Source: Patescibacteria group bacterium (GTDB taxonomy: Bacteria > Patescibacteriota > Microgenomatia > UBA12405). Taken from it: 64,000 nt of DNA. The stretch is from positions 5,357 through 69,356 of the forward strand of contig WARW01000022.1 of assembly GCA_013387215.1 (NCBI GenBank), read 5' to 3'. How positions within the stretch are numbered: the stretch's first letter is position 1; the number at the start of each line of letters is the position of its first letter. The notes below the pieces were generated by a model. That model did not search any database. It saw nothing but the letters and a program-made list of their open reading frames with translations, and was not told where the DNA came from. The position numbers and the translations under genes were made by a program. This document shows, one piece after another, positions 19,529 through 28,736 of this stretch.

Positions 19529-20977
19529 ATGAGTTTGAAAACAAAAAATAATGATGTGGATATAGTTCTAATAAGCAGCCCGATGGTTTTGTATAAAAAC
19601 AAAAAGGATAAAAAAGAAAATTTGAATGAAGATGGAGACGAAAAATCATATTATCCGATAAATATTTTATATTTGACAGCATATTTAGAAAAATTTGGAC
19701 ATAAAGTAAAGATAATCGATGTTTCAATGGAAGGGTTAACTTTGGATCAAGTTGTAAAAAAGGTTGATTTAATAAATCCTAAAATGATTGGAATTTCATC
19801 AATGACAACCAGTATTCAGTCGGCAGTTACTTTGGCAAAAGCTTTGAAAAAGAAAGGTAGAACAATTGGACTTGGCGGTGTTCATTTGACTTGCGATCCT
19901 ACTTTTATAGATCGATTTCCAGTGTTTGATTGGGGAATTGTTGGAGAAGGTGAAGTTACATTATTGGAACTAGTTGAAAAAAGTAAAAAAGGAGAAAAGA
20001 TTAAAGGATTATTTCAAGGAAAAAGAATTGAGGATTTAGACACAATCCCTTTCCCTGCTCGACATCATGTGAGAATGGAAGATTATCGTAGAAATGAAGA
20101 ATCTGAAGTGCCAGCTGCAGGAATATTGGCTAGCCGAGGATGTCCTTACAACTGTGTTTTTTGCTGTATTCCAGCTAGAGGAAAGATGGTTAGGTTTAGA
20201 TCTCCAAAGAATATTGTCGATGAAATGGAAGAGATTTATGAAGAATGCCAAGGGAAATATTCGTTCGTGGATGATTGTTTTACTATAAATAATAAATGGG
20301 TTTCCGAACTTTGCCAAGAAATAATGGATAGAAAGATGAAGGTTAGTTTTGTGGCTTCAACTAGAGCCGATACTTTAACCTTAGAAATGGCGAAAATGAT
20401 GAAAAAGGCTGGTTGTACTGATTTATTTTTAGGAATCGAAAGCGGTAATGACAAAATAAGAAACGAAGTTATTGGTAAAAGATTAAAATATGAAAATATA
20501 GTTAAAGCTGTAAAAATATGCCGAAAGGTAGGAATATTGTCTAATTTATTTTTAATGGTTGGATTTCCTGGAGAAGGTATAAAAGAAGCATTAGATACGG
20601 TTAGAATTGGTGGAAGAATTAAGGCAGATATTATTGGAATTCATGTGACTATTCCAATGCCTGGTTCAAGAATTTATGACTATGCTATTCAAAATAAATT
20701 AATTCCAAAAGATATTATTGATCGATGGGCAAGTGGTAAATTGGGACGAGTGTGGCGAAGCAATTGGCCATTATTTGTTCCTGAAGGCATGACTTTGAAG
20801 AAATTGTTTTGGATAAAAAGAATCACTTACATGTATTTTTATTTCTCCCCTTTTTGGTGGTATAGAAGAATCAAATTATGGTTCAAATCTAGCAAAATGT
20901 TTTTTGCTGATATGAGAATGATGAAAATTGCTTTTCATGCATTCACAACCGGCGGAACAAAAGGACAGCTATCTTAA
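19529..20977 (+). CDS. Cobalamin-binding radical SAM enzyme
   Basis: YPINILYL, GGVH, GEGE, SRGCPYNCVFC, VDDCF and LGIESG. Confidence 0.92.
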   Translation: MSLKTKNNDVDIVLISSPMVLYKNKKDKKENLNEDGDEKSYYPINILYLTAYLEKFGHKVKIIDVSMEGLTLDQVVKKVDLINPKMIGISSMTTSIQSAVTLAKALKKKGRTIGLGGVHLTCDPTFIDRFPVFDWGIVGEGEVTLLELVEKSKKGEKIKGLFQGKRIEDLDTIPFPARHHVRMEDYRRNEESEVPAAGILASRGCPYNCVFCCIPARGKMVRFRSPKNIVDEMEEIYEECQGKYSFVDDCFTINNKWVSELCQEIMDRKMKVSFVASTRADTLTLEMAKMMKKAGCTDLFLGIESGNDKIRNEVIGKRLKYENIVKAVKICRKVGILSNLFLMVGFPGEGIKEALDTVRIGGRIKADIIGIHVTIPMPGSRIYDYAIQNKLIPKDIIDRWASGKLGRVWRSNWPLFVPEGMTLKKLFWIKRITYMYFYFSPFWWYRRIKLWFKSSKMFFADMRMMKIAFHAFTTGGTKGQLS

Positions 20978-20978
20978 A

Positions 20979-20987
20979 TGCTATAAT
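20979..20987 (+). promoter_or_regulatory. Consensus extended -10 (TGcTATAAT) 5 nt upstream of ATG 20993
   Basis: TGcTATAATttgatATG lies in a 15-bp intergenic gap. Confidence 0.6.
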
Positions 20988-20992
20988 TTGAT

Positions 20993-22720
20993 ATGCGTGA
21001 GAAAAAACTTGTTTTGGCTACTGATTATGTGTTGGATGTTGTAGAAAAAACTGGAGTTAAGCATGTTTTTGGTGTTACTGGAGGTGCAATTTCAAATCAA
21101 ATTGACGCATTTTCAAGAAATAATAAAGTTAAATTTATTGCAGTTCAACACGAACAGGCTGCAGCTATGGCTGCTGAAGGATATGCAAGAATAAATGGTT
21201 ATGGAGTGGCAATGGCAACAAGTGGTCCTGGCGGATCAAACATGATTACTGGTATCAGTGGCTGTTGGTTTGATTCAATTCCTACTTTGTTTATAACTGG
21301 ACAGGTGTCAACTTTTGATTTGAAGACAAATGGTGTGAGACAGCGTGGTTTTCAGGAAATTGGAATGTCTGATTTAATGAAACCTATAACTAAATTTTCG
21401 AAACTGATAACTGACCCAAAAGATTTGGCCAAATCCCTAGAAACTGCTATTAAAATCTCAAAAAGTGATCGTTTTGGACCTGTTCATTTAGATTTACCAA
21501 TGGATGTTCAAATGTCTAAAATTGAAGAAGAAAAAATTAATTTAAAAATAGATAGGAAAAAGATTAAAATTAATTTAACTGATACCTTAGGTTTAATTAA
21601 GAATGCAAAAAGACCAGTTTTAATATTGGGAAATGGTGTAAAGCTGGCGGGAGCAGTTAATGAATTTAAAAAATTAGCAGACAAGTTAAATTGGCCAATA
21701 TTGCCTTCTTGGGCCTACGCCGAATTTCAACATAAAAATAGGATTGAGTTGTTTGGAGTTTATGGCAGCAGAGGAGCAAATTTTGTGGTTCAAAATGCAG
21801 ATCTAATTTTGGCAATTGGCACCAGGCTAGATACTAGAATGACTGGCAGCAATCCTAAACAATTTGCTAGAGAAGCTAAAAAAATTATTGTTGATATTGA
21901 TAAAAATGAATTAGAAAAAAAGGTTGTTATTCCTGATGTTGCTTTAAATATTGATGCAAAAGATTTTTTAAGTGAAATAAATAAAAACAAAATAGAGTGT
22001 GGTATCGAAAAAGATTGGTTAAAAAAATGTTTAAGGTGGAAGGATGAGTATCCTTTGGTAACAAAAGAAGCTATTAAAGATAATGTAATTAATCCATATA
22101 ACTTTTGTAGAATACTTTCTGAAGAAGCTGCTGAAGGAGACATTATTACTGCAGATACTGGAGCAAATTTAGCCTGGTTAATGCAATGTTGGAAATTTAA
22201 AAAGAACCAAAACCTTTTTTCATCATTCGGTAACTCACCTATGGGATATTCACTACCTGCTGCAATTGGGGCTTCATTCGCCGCTAATAAACGAGTTATT
22301 TGTACTACTGGTGACGGTGGAATACAAATGAACATTCAAGAATTACAAACTATCGTTAATTATGATTTGCCAATAAAGATATTTGTGTTTAGCAATAAAG
22401 GATACGGCATGATTAGGCAATTTCAAGATTTGTACATGGGTGGTAGACATGAAGCAACATGTGAAGGAGTGCCTGATTTTGCTAAAGTAGCCGAAGCTTA
22501 TGGAATTCAAAGTATAAGAGTGGAAAAGAAAACCCAATTAAGAAAAGCAATAAAGAAAGCATTGGCATCACCAAAAGCATTTTTAGTTGATGTATTAGTT
22601 GAACCAAGTTCTATTATTGAACCAAGGGCAATTTTTGGAAAACCGATTGAAGAACAATCACCTTATTTGCCAGAAAAAGATACTTTAGACCATTTGCTAG
22701 TAAAAAGATGGAAACCTTGA
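20993..22720 (+). CDS. ThDP-dependent acetolactate-synthase-family enzyme, probably YerE-like branched-sugar carboligase
   Basis: HEQAAAMAAEGYAR, TSGPGGSN, ITGQV, FQE and GDGGIQMNIQEL...NKGYGMIRQFQ. No ilvH/ilvC nearby; operonic with an SDR and DdhC. Confidence 0.85.
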   Translation: MREKKLVLATDYVLDVVEKTGVKHVFGVTGGAISNQIDAFSRNNKVKFIAVQHEQAAAMAAEGYARINGYGVAMATSGPGGSNMITGISGCWFDSIPTLFITGQVSTFDLKTNGVRQRGFQEIGMSDLMKPITKFSKLITDPKDLAKSLETAIKISKSDRFGPVHLDLPMDVQMSKIEEEKINLKIDRKKIKINLTDTLGLIKNAKRPVLILGNGVKLAGAVNEFKKLADKLNWPILPSWAYAEFQHKNRIELFGVYGSRGANFVVQNADLILAIGTRLDTRMTGSNPKQFAREAKKIIVDIDKNELEKKVVIPDVALNIDAKDFLSEINKNKIECGIEKDWLKKCLRWKDEYPLVTKEAIKDNVINPYNFCRILSEEAAEGDIITADTGANLAWLMQCWKFKKNQNLFSSFGNSPMGYSLPAAIGASFAANKRVICTTGDGGIQMNIQELQTIVNYDLPIKIFVFSNKGYGMIRQFQDLYMGGRHEATCEGVPDFAKVAEAYGIQSIRVEKKTQLRKAIKKALASPKAFLVDVLVEPSSIIEPRAIFGKPIEEQSPYLPEKDTLDHLLVKRWKP

Positions 22721-23412
22721 TTACTGGAGCTAATGGTTTTATTGGAAGTTATCTTTGTGAAAAATTTCCTGATGCAAAAAAACTAACTCACAAGGATTGT
22801 GACTTAGCTAATTGGCGAGAAGTTGAAAAATTTAATTGGGAAGGTGAAGTAATAATTAATTGTGCTAATTATGGTACTTATGGTGAAGAAAACGCAAATG
22901 GAGTAGAAATAAATATTAGAATGTTGGAAAACTTAAGAAAGCGATGGCCTAATTCTAAAATAATTTCTTTTGGGTCAGGGGCTATGTATGATAAAAGCAA
23001 ACCAATAATTAAGGCTAGTGAGTATGATTTAGTTTCAAATCCAAAAGACAGCTATGGATTATCTAAAAAAATGACAGTGGATATGAGTGATGTGACTTTA
23101 ATAATTTTTGGTTTATTCGCTAAAACCAGATTTGTTAAAGCGGTTTTGGAAAGTATAAAAGAAAATAAACCGGTAGAAATTTTCCAAGATGCTAAGTTCT
23201 CTTGGGTAAACTTAAGTGATTTTGAAAAAATTATAAATTGGGCAATAAAGAAAGGAAGTGGAAGGTATAATCTTTGTGGTTATGATATGTTATTATCAGA
23301 TGTTGCCAAGAAACTTGGAGCTATAAAAATTAAATATTTAAAAAAAGGAATGGCTTTTGAGTATACTGGTAAAGAAAGTCAAATTAAACTAAGTCGATGT
23401 CCAAGTTTTTAA
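22708..23412 (+). CDS. NAD-dependent epimerase/reductase (short SDR; YerF-like by context)
   Basis: ITGANGFIG, FGSGAMY and YGLSK. Confidence 0.85.
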   Translation: METLITGANGFIGSYLCEKFPDAKKLTHKDCDLANWREVEKFNWEGEVIINCANYGTYGEENANGVEINIRMLENLRKRWPNSKIISFGSGAMYDKSKPIIKASEYDLVSNPKDSYGLSKKMTVDMSDVTLIIFGLFAKTRFVKAVLESIKENKPVEIFQDAKFSWVNLSDFEKIINWAIKKGSGRYNLCGYDMLLSDVAKKLGAIKIKYLKKGMAFEYTGKESQIKLSRCPSF

Positions 23413-24533
23413 ACTACAACAAAGCAATTTTCGGAAAATCTGAAAAACAAGCGGTGATGAAAGCATTGAATAAAGGTTGGCTGAGTAATGGAATGGACAC
23501 TTTAAATTTTGAAAAAGAATTTGCAGATTGGTGGGGTATTAAATATTCTTTAACTACAAATAGCGGTTCAACTGCAAATTTAGTAGCTCTTCAAGCGTTA
23601 GATTTGCCGAAAGGTTCTGAAGTTATTACGCCTGCCGGTGGTGCTTTTCCAACTACAATTTCGCCTTTATATTATTTAGGGCTAAAACCAGTATTTGTTG
23701 ATATTAAATGTTTGACAATAGATCCTGAAGAAATAGTTAAAGCAATAAGCAAAAAGACAAAAGTTATTTTATTCTCCCACACTTTAGGTCAAATCCCAAA
23801 TATGAAAAGAATTGTTGAGATTGCCAAAAAATATGATTTAAGAATAATGGAAGATTGCTGCGATGCTGTTGGTTCGAAACAGGATGGTAAGATGGTTGGT
23901 ACTTTTGGAGACATAGCCACAATATCTTTTTACCCTGCTCACCACATGACTACTGGTGAGGGCGGAATGGTGATAACTAACAATAGAAAATTGTATAAAA
24001 CAGCAAATAGTATTCGTGATTGGGGAAGAGATTGTGTTTGCAGGGCTGATAATAACAATCCAATGTGTGTTGATCGATATAGAAATCCCCCGTTTGACCA
24101 CCGATATTATTATTCTCGAATTGGACTTAATTTTAAAATGTCTGAAATGCAAGCTGCATTTGGAAGAGAACAATTAAAAAGACTTGATAAATTCATAGAA
24201 ATAAGAAGAAGAAATTATAAAATTTTAGCTGATATATTTAACGAACCATTTGATGAACAAATTTCACCATTTGCATATCCTTTATTATCAAAAAATAAGA
24301 ATAAAATGATGCATGAACTGCAAAAAAGAAATATTGAGAGTCGAGTGATATTTGCAGGCAATATTATTAAACATCCAGCTTTTAAAGATTTGGATTATCG
24401 AGTTGTGGGTGATCTGAAAAATAGCAATATTCTTTTTAAGCAAGGATATTTTGTGGGGGTTGGACCCAACTTGACGATTAACGACATGAAATTTATCGGA
24501 AAATCAATTTTGGAAATTGAAAAAACTTTGTAG
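23397..24533 (+). CDS. rfbH: CDP-4-keto-6-deoxyglucose 3-dehydrase-like enzyme (DdhC/RfbH/E1 type, DegT/DnrJ fold)
   Basis: NSGSTANL, EDCCDA, SFYPAHHMTTGEGG (His at the usual PLP Lys position) and RDWGRDCVC...C (Fe-S ligand-type Cys pattern of E1). Confidence 0.85.
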   Translation: MSKFLNYNKAIFGKSEKQAVMKALNKGWLSNGMDTLNFEKEFADWWGIKYSLTTNSGSTANLVALQALDLPKGSEVITPAGGAFPTTISPLYYLGLKPVFVDIKCLTIDPEEIVKAISKKTKVILFSHTLGQIPNMKRIVEIAKKYDLRIMEDCCDAVGSKQDGKMVGTFGDIATISFYPAHHMTTGEGGMVITNNRKLYKTANSIRDWGRDCVCRADNNNPMCVDRYRNPPFDHRYYYSRIGLNFKMSEMQAAFGREQLKRLDKFIEIRRRNYKILADIFNEPFDEQISPFAYPLLSKNKNKMMHELQKRNIESRVIFAGNIIKHPAFKDLDYRVVGDLKNSNILFKQGYFVGVGPNLTINDMKFIGKSILEIEKTL

Positions 24534-24535
24534 CT

Positions 24536-25540
24536 TTACGCCAACTTTATTATTATTTTAGAAGATATTACCTTGGAATATAGATGAGTTTTAAATTTGT
24601 CAGTAATTTTTCTGAGGATGATTGGCGGTGTCAATAAAGTTATTAAAACCATTAGATAAAATTTTATATTGATAAGGTTTGCTTTTCGGAACTTAACCAG
24701 ATTGATGACTTCTTTTATGTATGAACTAAAAGAACCATAGTTGCGAATCTGAACCAAACCAATATAATTTATTCCGACAAAATCGGAAATAATTATATTT
24801 TTTATTTTTTGAAATCTTTTTTCAAAAAATATTGTGTCCAACATTTCTTTCCAACATACCATCGGAGATTTTTGATATATATTTGACCGGGTGGCGCTAA
24901 AACCTATTCTTACGGCAAGAATATATTCTTTTATAAATATTGCTGGATGATTTTTAAAAATATCCAACCAGGGGTAGGCATGACTAATCCAAGGTTCTTT
25001 GCAAAAATCTATATGGATTAATTCTCTTTTAAGGCATAAACCAGAAAGCTGATCGAGAGAAGAAAAAAGTTTAAATAATTTTTCTTTTGAATCATTTATA
25101 CTAATTAATTCTTCTGTTATTGAACCAATAGTTTGTTTAAGCCGAACTGGTTTTCTATAGTCATAATCGAACCAATAATAAGGCCTTGTAATCACGCCGG
25201 CTTGAGGATTTCGTTTAAGTGCTTCGAAATATAGTTTTAATGTGTTTTTGTCTAATAAGTCATCCCCTGCCATCAAAAAAATATATTGGCCAGTACAATC
25301 TTTAATGCCTCGGTTCAGATTACCAGAATAGCCTAGATTTTTGGGATTTTTATATATTTTTAGACGGGGTTCTTGATATTTTTCTACTATTTTTAGAGTA
25401 TTATCTTTAGAACCATCATCACGAAGAATTATTTTGAAGTCAGTAAATGTTTGGTTCTTAATGGAATTTAGAGTGTCAGTAATCGTTTGGCTATTGTTAT
25501 AAGATGGGACAAATATACTAAAAAATGGTTTTGATTTCAT
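24536..25540 (-). CDS. Glycosyltransferase family 2
   Basis: SIFVPSYN, DDGSKD, NLGYSGNLN and MAGDD. Confidence 0.92.
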   Translation of the reverse strand: MKSKPFFSIFVPSYNNSQTITDTLNSIKNQTFTDFKIILRDDGSKDNTLKIVEKYQEPRLKIYKNPKNLGYSGNLNRGIKDCTGQYIFLMAGDDLLDKNTLKLYFEALKRNPQAGVITRPYYWFDYDYRKPVRLKQTIGSITEELISINDSKEKLFKLFSSLDQLSGLCLKRELIHIDFCKEPWISHAYPWLDIFKNHPAIFIKEYILAVRIGFSATRSNIYQKSPMVCWKEMLDTIFFEKRFQKIKNIIISDFVGINYIGLVQIRNYGSFSSYIKEVINLVKFRKANLINIKFYLMVLITLLTPPIILRKITDKFKTHLYSKVISSKIIIKLA

Positions 25541-25551
25541 AATTAATTATA

Positions 25552-26763
25552 TTATTTAGTAAAGACTTGATTGTAAATTTTTTGACACCTAATATCCCAA
25601 GACCAAACCGATTCAATTAAATCAACAGCTTCTTTTGACTTATCAGAATATAATTTTGAATCGGTTGATAGCTTTATAATGTTATTTGAAAACGATTGCT
25701 TGTCACCTATTCTAGTTTTTAACATTCCTTTTGGATAATAAGTTTTTAAAGCTTCAAGGTCAAATGAGACGCCAGGTAATCCCCAGGCCATTGCTTCAGC
25801 AGCTGCCATTCCTCCGCTATCGTAAGTAGCTGGATGAACAACTATTGATGAATTTTTAAAAATATCATATTTTTTTTGACCATCCAAAAAACCAAAAAGA
25901 TCAATATTATTGTTCAATTTTAATTTCTTAATCTTCTTTTTTATATCTGGCAATAATTGACCGTTTCCTATTATTGCTAGCTTAGATTTTGGCTGTATTT
26001 TACATACATATTTCCATATATCGATAAGTTCAAGCACTCCTTTTTGATGGTGAAGTCGACCCATAAAAACAGCTAAATATTTTCTTTTTTTTAAGGCAGG
26101 CGGATGTTCTTTTAAATATAGGTGAGAAAGAGTTATATCAACGCCTCCTTGAATAATAATTACGTGATTAATTTTTCTTTTGTGATTTAAAAATTTGTTG
26201 ACATCAGGTTTAGACGTAACAAAGACGTAATCTGCAAAATGGTATACAAGAAAATAACTTAATCTTTGAGTCAGCCAATAAAAAACACATGTCAAAAATC
26301 TAGAAAATGAAGTTTTGTATGGGTTGTCTTTTGACCAGGGTGCTGGTGCAAACAAATAAAATCCAGCAATCCAAGTTTTTTTTGGATTAAATAATTTTAT
26401 AAAAAATGCAGGCAAGGTATCAGGATAAAAGTCAGATGCAGAATAAATATATGAGTATTTATTAAAAGAATTTCTAAATTTAAAAAGTGATAAAACACCA
26501 AAAAAAGTTCGATTTAATGCATGATAAAAATAATTGCTATTTGAAAAAAGATTTTTAGCTTTTTTTTTGGTACTTGAACAATAGGTTTCAATTAGTGGAT
26601 CATCAACGTATTTTTTTAATAAAGCGATTCCTTCTTCAGCTGCTAAAAGGCCAATTTTTATATTTTTTTTCCAACCTTTAATTAGTTCAATCAGAATACG
26701 GTCGCCACCACTTAGTCCTGAATCTGTGAGATTGTTGTTGGATATAAATAAAATGCTTGGCAT
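25552..26763 (-). CDS. Glycosyltransferase family 4
   Basis: SGGDRI, FMGRLHHQKG and DSGGMAAAEAMAWGLP. Likely start is MPSILF at 26763; the track extension to 26862 overlaps the divergent gene. Confidence 0.9.
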   Translation of the reverse strand: MPSILFISNNNLTDSGLSGGDRILIELIKGWKKNIKIGLLAAEEGIALLKKYVDDPLIETYCSSTKKKAKNLFSNSNYFYHALNRTFFGVLSLFKFRNSFNKYSYIYSASDFYPDTLPAFFIKLFNPKKTWIAGFYLFAPAPWSKDNPYKTSFSRFLTCVFYWLTQRLSYFLVYHFADYVFVTSKPDVNKFLNHKRKINHVIIIQGGVDITLSHLYLKEHPPALKKRKYLAVFMGRLHHQKGVLELIDIWKYVCKIQPKSKLAIIGNGQLLPDIKKKIKKLKLNNNIDLFGFLDGQKKYDIFKNSSIVVHPATYDSGGMAAAEAMAWGLPGVSFDLEALKTYYPKGMLKTRIGDKQSFSNNIIKLSTDSKLYSDKSKEAVDLIESVWSWDIRCQKIYNQVFTK

Positions 26764-26794
26764 TATTTGTATTAATGTTGATATATTATAGAGT

Positions 26795-27718
26795 ATGCAA
26801 GAATTTATTGATATCTTAAAGTGTAATGAATGTGGCGGAAGCTTAGAAAAAAAGGGAAACAACTTAATCTGTTTAAAATGCGGTTTTAAATATGGTTATA
26901 CGAATGAAATAATGGAAGCAATGCCTGCTATGACTGGTGAGAAAAAGTTTAGTTGTGATAAGTGGGAGAAGTATTATAAGGATTGGTATAAAGGAAAGGG
27001 TTACTGGGATGAGTTTAATGATGTAAAAGACATGTATCAAAAATATGGAGTTGAACAGATAGAAAGGGAGGCAAAGGTAAATAAAGAGACTATATATTTA
27101 GAAATTGGCTGTGGAACATTTTTTATTGGCCAAATGATGGCAGAAGAATGCGAATTAGTAATTGGAATTGATTTTTCAATGGAATCATTGTTAATTGCCA
27201 GGCAAATGTTAAAAGATAAAGGTATTGATAATTTTTTATTGATACACGGCGATATTTTTAAAATGCCCATTAAAACAGAATCAGTTAATTTAATTTATGG
27301 TGGCGGTGTGATTGAACATTTCGAAAAAACCCAAGAATGTGTTGATGAATATGGAAGAGTAACTAAAAAAGGTGGTGTTGCTTTAAATGCGGTGCCAATA
27401 TTAAATATAGGTGCTTTAACTTATCGACAAATTTGGGGGAATATTCCTGATTTTCCAATACTTAAACAATTAGCAAAATTTATACATATGAAAGTGCTAA
27501 GAGGAAAACATATGCATTTCGGTTATGAATTATCTTTTACTAAAAATAAGTTAATTAAGGTTCACAATAACTCAGGTTTTAGAAAAGTGTGTGTAAAAAG
27601 ATTAGATACACAAATAATGTTGGATTTTATGCCTAAATTCGTAAGACCTTTTTTTAGAAAATTGGCTTTTAGTTCTTCTTTGTTTTGGCCAATGGCACTG
27701 GTTGTGGCTGAAAAATAA
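26795..27718 (+). CDS. SAM-dependent methyltransferase with N-terminal Trm112-like Zn ribbon
   Basis: LKCNECGGSL...LICLKC; LEIGCGT; GIDFS; GDIFKMP; GVIEHF. Confidence 0.85.
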   Translation: MQEFIDILKCNECGGSLEKKGNNLICLKCGFKYGYTNEIMEAMPAMTGEKKFSCDKWEKYYKDWYKGKGYWDEFNDVKDMYQKYGVEQIEREAKVNKETIYLEIGCGTFFIGQMMAEECELVIGIDFSMESLLIARQMLKDKGIDNFLLIHGDIFKMPIKTESVNLIYGGGVIEHFEKTQECVDEYGRVTKKGGVALNAVPILNIGALTYRQIWGNIPDFPILKQLAKFIHMKVLRGKHMHFGYELSFTKNKLIKVHNNSGFRKVCVKRLDTQIMLDFMPKFVRPFFRKLAFSSSLFWPMALVVAEK

Positions 27719-28735
27719 CTACTGTTTCCAATTATTGCGATTAATAGGTTTTAATAAACCGAGTTTATATTTTAAGGTGACTATAAAATAAATATATATG
27801 GTGGCTAGGCAGGCTATCGGATGAATAAACCAAACTGGATCTGATTTTTTTATAAATCCTTTAATGGAATCGAAAAGTGCTGGAATTATTAGAATGGAAT
27901 ATAATACAAACTTTATTTGTGAATTATTATTTATTTGGTTCCAATTAAAATATCTTTCGTTTTTATAGATATAGTAATCAGTCAATCTTCTTTTTTGTTT
28001 ATTTATAAATTTTTTAAATGAAGATTCGCAAAAAGTGTGGATAATGCTGGTTTTGGTTTTGGCAAAATAAATTGGTTTTTCATTACTGCCTATTACTTGG
28101 GAAATAATGTCGATATCAAACAAATAATCTGATTTTAAATTTTCTTTCAAAAATGATGACCTAAAAATAGTACCATTAGCTCCGATAGTGGGAATTGGTT
28201 GATTTGGAAAAAGAGAAACTTTTAAATATGAAGGAAAATTTAGAGTATTTATATTTAAATTTGTCCATTTATTGTTTATATAATTTTTTCTATCATAAAC
28301 ACCGCTCACAAAAGCATAAGGATCGTTAGCACCTATTAGTGCCGAGTAGCGCTCCATTAATCCAGAGTTTGTTCGATAAGTGAACTTCCAAGGTTCAGTT
28401 CCAATTATTTCTTTGTCCTTATCTAGTGGATAAATAGCTTTTTTAAGCCAATCATTTTTGGGTAATATATTGTCTGAGTCGATTAAGGCAATATATTCCC
28501 CTTTTGCACTTTTAACTCCAACAGCTTTACCAGCTTCAGCAGTTTTGAGTGGATTTTTTAAGATTATTGAACCGTATTTTTTTGCAATTGAAATTGTGTT
28601 ATCGGTTGAACCACCATCTATTATTAAAATTTCATAATTACTTCGTTTAAAATTTTGGATAGAAATAGAATGAAGACATTTTTCTAGAACAGACTGGGCA
28701 TTTAACGTGGGAATTATAAAACTAACCCTAATCAT
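27719..28735 (-). CDS. Glycosyltransferase family 2 (C-terminal membrane helices)
   Basis: SFIIPTLN, DGGSTD and IDSDN. Confidence 0.92.
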   Translation of the reverse strand: MIRVSFIIPTLNAQSVLEKCLHSISIQNFKRSNYEILIIDGGSTDNTISIAKKYGSIILKNPLKTAEAGKAVGVKSAKGEYIALIDSDNILPKNDWLKKAIYPLDKDKEIIGTEPWKFTYRTNSGLMERYSALIGANDPYAFVSGVYDRKNYINNKWTNLNINTLNFPSYLKVSLFPNQPIPTIGANGTIFRSSFLKENLKSDYLFDIDIISQVIGSNEKPIYFAKTKTSIIHTFCESSFKKFINKQKRRLTDYYIYKNERYFNWNQINNNSQIKFVLYSILIIPALFDSIKGFIKKSDPVWFIHPIACLATIYIYFIVTLKYKLGLLKPINRNNWKQ

Positions 28736-28736
28736 T

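Noticed and set aside
20993-22720. Branched-chain amino acid biosynthesis (ilvB) call
   Set aside because: No ilvH/N, ilvC or ilvD nearby; the gene overlaps sugar SDR and DdhC genes, favouring a YerE-like role.
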